Below, in pieces: positions 61,630 to 64,000 of a stretch of DNA of 64,000 bases (position 1 is its first letter; the number at the start of each line of letters is the position of its first letter). The stretch comes from Candidatus Omnitrophota bacterium (GTDB taxonomy: Bacteria > Omnitrophota > Gorgyraeia > Gygaellales > Profunditerraquicolaceae), in contig JBAZKL010000004.1 of the NCBI GenBank assembly GCA_041650835.1, positions 294,900 to 358,899 of the forward strand, given 5' to 3'. The notes under the pieces were generated by a model that did not search any database, had not been told where the DNA came from, and saw nothing but the letters and a program-made list of their open reading frames with translations. Position numbers and translations under genes: made by a program.

Positions 61630-62874
61630 TCACGACAAGAGGTCTTTCACCCGGCGCACGACCGCCTCAGGCGTATCAACGGTCTTTGAATTATCTTTAC
61701 GCACCTTCAATTCGATCGTGTTCTTCTTAACCGATTCTTTTCCGACAATGACCTGCAGCGGCACACCGATCAGGTCGGCATCCTTGAATTTTACCCCGGC
61801 GCGCTCATCCCGGTCATCAAAAAGCACCTCAATGCCGCTTGCCTTCATATCCCGATACACTCCTGAGGCAAATTCCATGATCTTAGGGTCGGTGATATCC
61901 AGCGGTAAAACAACCAATTTATAGGGGCTGACCTCACCCGGCCAAACGATCCCGGCCGGATCATGATTCTGTTCAATAATGGTCGCGATAAGCCGTGAAA
62001 CGCCGATACCGTAACATCCCATAATGATCGGCCGCTCTTTACCCTCAGCATCGATAAAATGAGCGCCTAATGCCGCGCTGTATTTGGTCCCTAATTTAAA
62101 AATATGCCCGATCTCAATAGTATTGGTTTTTTCCGTTTGAGTATTACATTGCGGGCAGGAAACTGCCTCCCCCTTAAAAGCCAGCGCGCGTTTACAGGAG
62201 GGGCATACCAAAACAACATCCTCGCCGCTGGAAGCAGGCACCATAAATTCGTGCGAGACCTTGCCTCCCATAACGCCTGAATCGGCATCCACTGCCAGAA
62301 TATTCAAGCCGCAACGCTTAAAGATCCTCAGGTATGCTTCATACATCGCCTTATAGTTTATATCAAGCCCGGCGTCATCTTTATCAAAGCTGTAGGCGTC
62401 TTTCATGATAAATTCACAGGCGCGCACCAATCCGAAGCGGGGGCGCATTTCATCGCGGAATTTTGTCTGTATCTGGTATAAAACCACGGGAAGCTGACGG
62501 TATGAAGAAGTATGATCTTTTACGAGGTCCGTGATCACCTCTTCATGGGTCGGGCCCAGGCATACATTACGGCCCCGGCGGTCGATAAACCGGTACATGA
62601 CATCAGCGATATCTTTGTCCCTGCCTGATTTCACCCATAGGTCAATCGGCTGCAAGGCCGGAAGCAGGAGCTCCGCCGCGCCGCAAGAATTCATTTCTTC
62701 CCGGATGATCTTTTGTATATTATCAAGCACTTTAAGTCCCAGAGGCAGATAGGAATACACTCCTGCCATAAGCATCCGCGCGACACCGGCGCGCAGCATC
62801 AGCTGATGGCTTACCGATTCAGCCTCCTGGGGCGTTTCTTTGATTGTGGGAATAAAAGCCTTTGACCAAAACAT
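61630..62874 (-). CDS. proS: Proline--tRNA ligase (short form lacking the INS editing domain, with a 4-Cys zinc-ribbon-like insert)
   Basis: 414 aa. Class II motifs are present. The insert CPSCKRALAFKGEAVSCPQC sits where bacterial-type enzymes carry the editing domain. Confidence 0.85.
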   Translation of the reverse strand: MFWSKAFIPTIKETPQEAESVSHQLMLRAGVARMLMAGVYSYLPLGLKVLDNIQKIIREEMNSCGAAELLLPALQPIDLWVKSGRDKDIADVMYRFIDRRGRNVCLGPTHEEVITDLVKDHTSSYRQLPVVLYQIQTKFRDEMRPRFGLVRACEFIMKDAYSFDKDDAGLDINYKAMYEAYLRIFKRCGLNILAVDADSGVMGGKVSHEFMVPASSGEDVVLVCPSCKRALAFKGEAVSCPQCNTQTEKTNTIEIGHIFKLGTKYSAALGAHFIDAEGKERPIIMGCYGIGVSRLIATIIEQNHDPAGIVWPGEVSPYKLVVLPLDITDPKIMEFASGVYRDMKASGIEVLFDDRDERAGVKFKDADLIGVPLQVIVGKESVKKNTIELKVRKDNSKTVDTPEAVVRRVKDLLS

Positions 62875-62886
62875 AACTCCTCCGCT

Positions 62887-64000
62887 CTATGGGACTTGCT
62901 TGAATATATCTTCCGAAAGAGGGATCCCGCGCTTCTTGAACTCATGAAAACATTCCGGGACAATACCTGTAGCGACCCACCTGCCGCTGACAACTCCCGT
63001 CACATCATGCGTTGAATCGATCTCATACTTAAAAATATCCTCTACCACTACCTCTTTATCATGTAACCCCCGTATTTGAGCGATACGGGTGATCTTGCGT
63101 GAACCGTCATGCAGCTGCTCCTGCTGAACCACCAGGTCAACGGAAGCCGCGATCTGCCGATGGATTGCTTCGATACTGATAGCTAACCCTGAAGTTATGA
63201 TCAATGTTTCCAGGCGATAAATAACATCCTGGGGGGAATCCGCGTGCAATACCGCGAGCGACCCCTGATGCCCTGAACACATCGCCTGCAGCATATCCAG
63301 GGCTTCAACACCGCGTATTTCACCCAGGATGATCCTATCCGGGCGCATACGCAGCGAATTCCGGAAAAGGTCCCTGATCGAGACCTCTCCTTTGCCTTCA
63401 ATGTTCGGGACACGGCTCTCCAGGCGCACCACATGCTCCTGGTTCAACCGCAATTCAGCAGTATCTTCAATGGTCACGATCCTCTCGTCATTTGCGATAT
63501 AGGAAGAAAGGACGTTGAGCGTCGTGGTCTTACCTGCGCCGGTGGCTCCCGAAAAGATCATATTCACCTTTCCCTTTATGCACGCGATCAAAAAGTCAGC
63601 CATCCGGCTATCCAAGGTTGCTTTCTGCACCAGGTCATCGATCTTACTGATCTCTTTCAAGAACTTCCTAATGGTCATCACCGGCCCGTCCAAAGCAAGC
63701 GGGGGGATAATAATATTGACCCGCGAGCCGTCCTTCAAAGCGACGTCCGTGAACGGATACGACTCATCGACCCGGCGCCTGGTCGGAGTCAGTATTTTAT
63801 GCACCAAAGCCATCAATTGATGTTCATCATCAAAGACGACATTCGCCAATTCAGTCTTTCCGTTGCGTTCTATGTAGATCTTCCGGGGGCCGTTGATCAT
63901 GATCTCAGTGATCAAGGGGTCTTTAAGCAAGCCGTCGATCGGGCCAAACCCCACGCATTCGTCAATGATCTCGTTTACGATCCGTAAACGCTCCTCGGTA
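62887..64000 (-). CDS. CpaF/TadA-family type II/IV secretion (Flp pilus assembly) ATPase. The CDS continues past the right edge.
   Basis: Walker A is SGATGAGKTTTLN. The upstream in-frame sequence ...ERLRIVNEIIDECVGFGPIDGLLKDP matches the CpaF N-terminal region and is open to position 64000. Walker B and the His box are present. Confidence 0.85.
   Translation of the reverse strand, partial: TEERLRIVNEIIDECVGFGPIDGLLKDPLITEIMINGPRKIYIERNGKTELANVVFDDEHQLMALVHKILTPTRRRVDESYPFTDVALKDGSRVNIIIPPLALDGPVMTIRKFLKEISKIDDLVQKATLDSRMADFLIACIKGKVNMIFSGATGAGKTTTLNVLSSYIANDERIVTIEDTAELRLNQEHVVRLESRVPNIEGKGEVSIRDLFRNSLRMRPDRIILGEIRGVEALDMLQAMCSGHQGSLAVLHADSPQDVIYRLETLIITSGLAISIEAIHRQIAASVDLVVQQEQLHDGSRKITRIAQIRGLHDKEVVVEDIFKYEIDSTHDVTGVVSGRWVATGIVPECFHEFKKRGIPLSEDIFKQVP

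Noticed and set aside
63433-63987. 184-aa plus-strand ORF
   Set aside because: It is antisense to the CpaF-like ATPase, whose Walker A, Walker B and His box are intact on the minus strand.

Overview
This 64-kb window is a chromosomal segment of roughly 50% GC that is almost entirely housekeeping and almost entirely co-oriented. Every credible gene except rpmB lies on the minus strand, and several adjacent genes overlap at their stop and start codons.

Reading along the minus strand from high to low coordinates, the content is:
- a partial CpaF/TadA-type pilus ATPase, then proS, rimP, nusA, infB, trpS, scpA and ruvB
- an AT-rich ~1-kb insert flanked by two divergent inverted copies of a ~255-nt element, then a small secreted protein, a DUF2905 gene, a SpoIID/LytB-like gene and queA
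- a six-gene two-component and c-di-GMP signalling cluster
- tgt, trmD, rplS, rnhB and yraN
- a C1-folate cluster (fhs, fchA, folD, a DMT membrane gene, metF, an FAD oxidoreductase) with two TPR proteins
- polA, glgA, coaE, rho, rpmE, prfA, prmC and murA
- a trp operon trpG-D-C-F-(Zn-ribbon membrane gene)-B-A with no trpE
- an M16 peptidase, a CorC/CNNM transporter, a DUF5679-like gene, rsfS, argS and recJ
- rpmB on the plus strand
- an addA-like and addB-like helicase-nuclease pair followed by a tandem double B12-binding radical SAM protein (1117 aa) and a third B12-radical-SAM gene truncated at the left edge.

I found no rRNA, tRNA, CRISPR array, transposase or integrase.

The signals I would look at first:
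1. Two inverted paralogous ~255-nt copies (53127-53378 minus; 54401-54660 plus) that keep at least four helices through fully compensatory base changes. This points to an undescribed structured RNA; one copy is the 5' leader of a secreted-protein / DUF2905 / SpoIID-like / queA gene string. They bracket an AT-rich insert carrying a frameshifted gene and a 42-aa hydrophobic peptide.
2. A family of four ~120-bp nested-palindrome intergenic elements sharing AAAGGAAG...CCTGCNTG-N4-CANGCAGG...CTTCCTTT, each sitting at the 3' end of a gene.
3. A 2 x 55-bp tandem repeat with internal hairpins embedded in frame inside tgt.
4. A heptamer (AGACTAT)n array just upstream of the SpoIID-like start.

My annotation is inferred from the ORF translations and motifs only; I could run no database searches.
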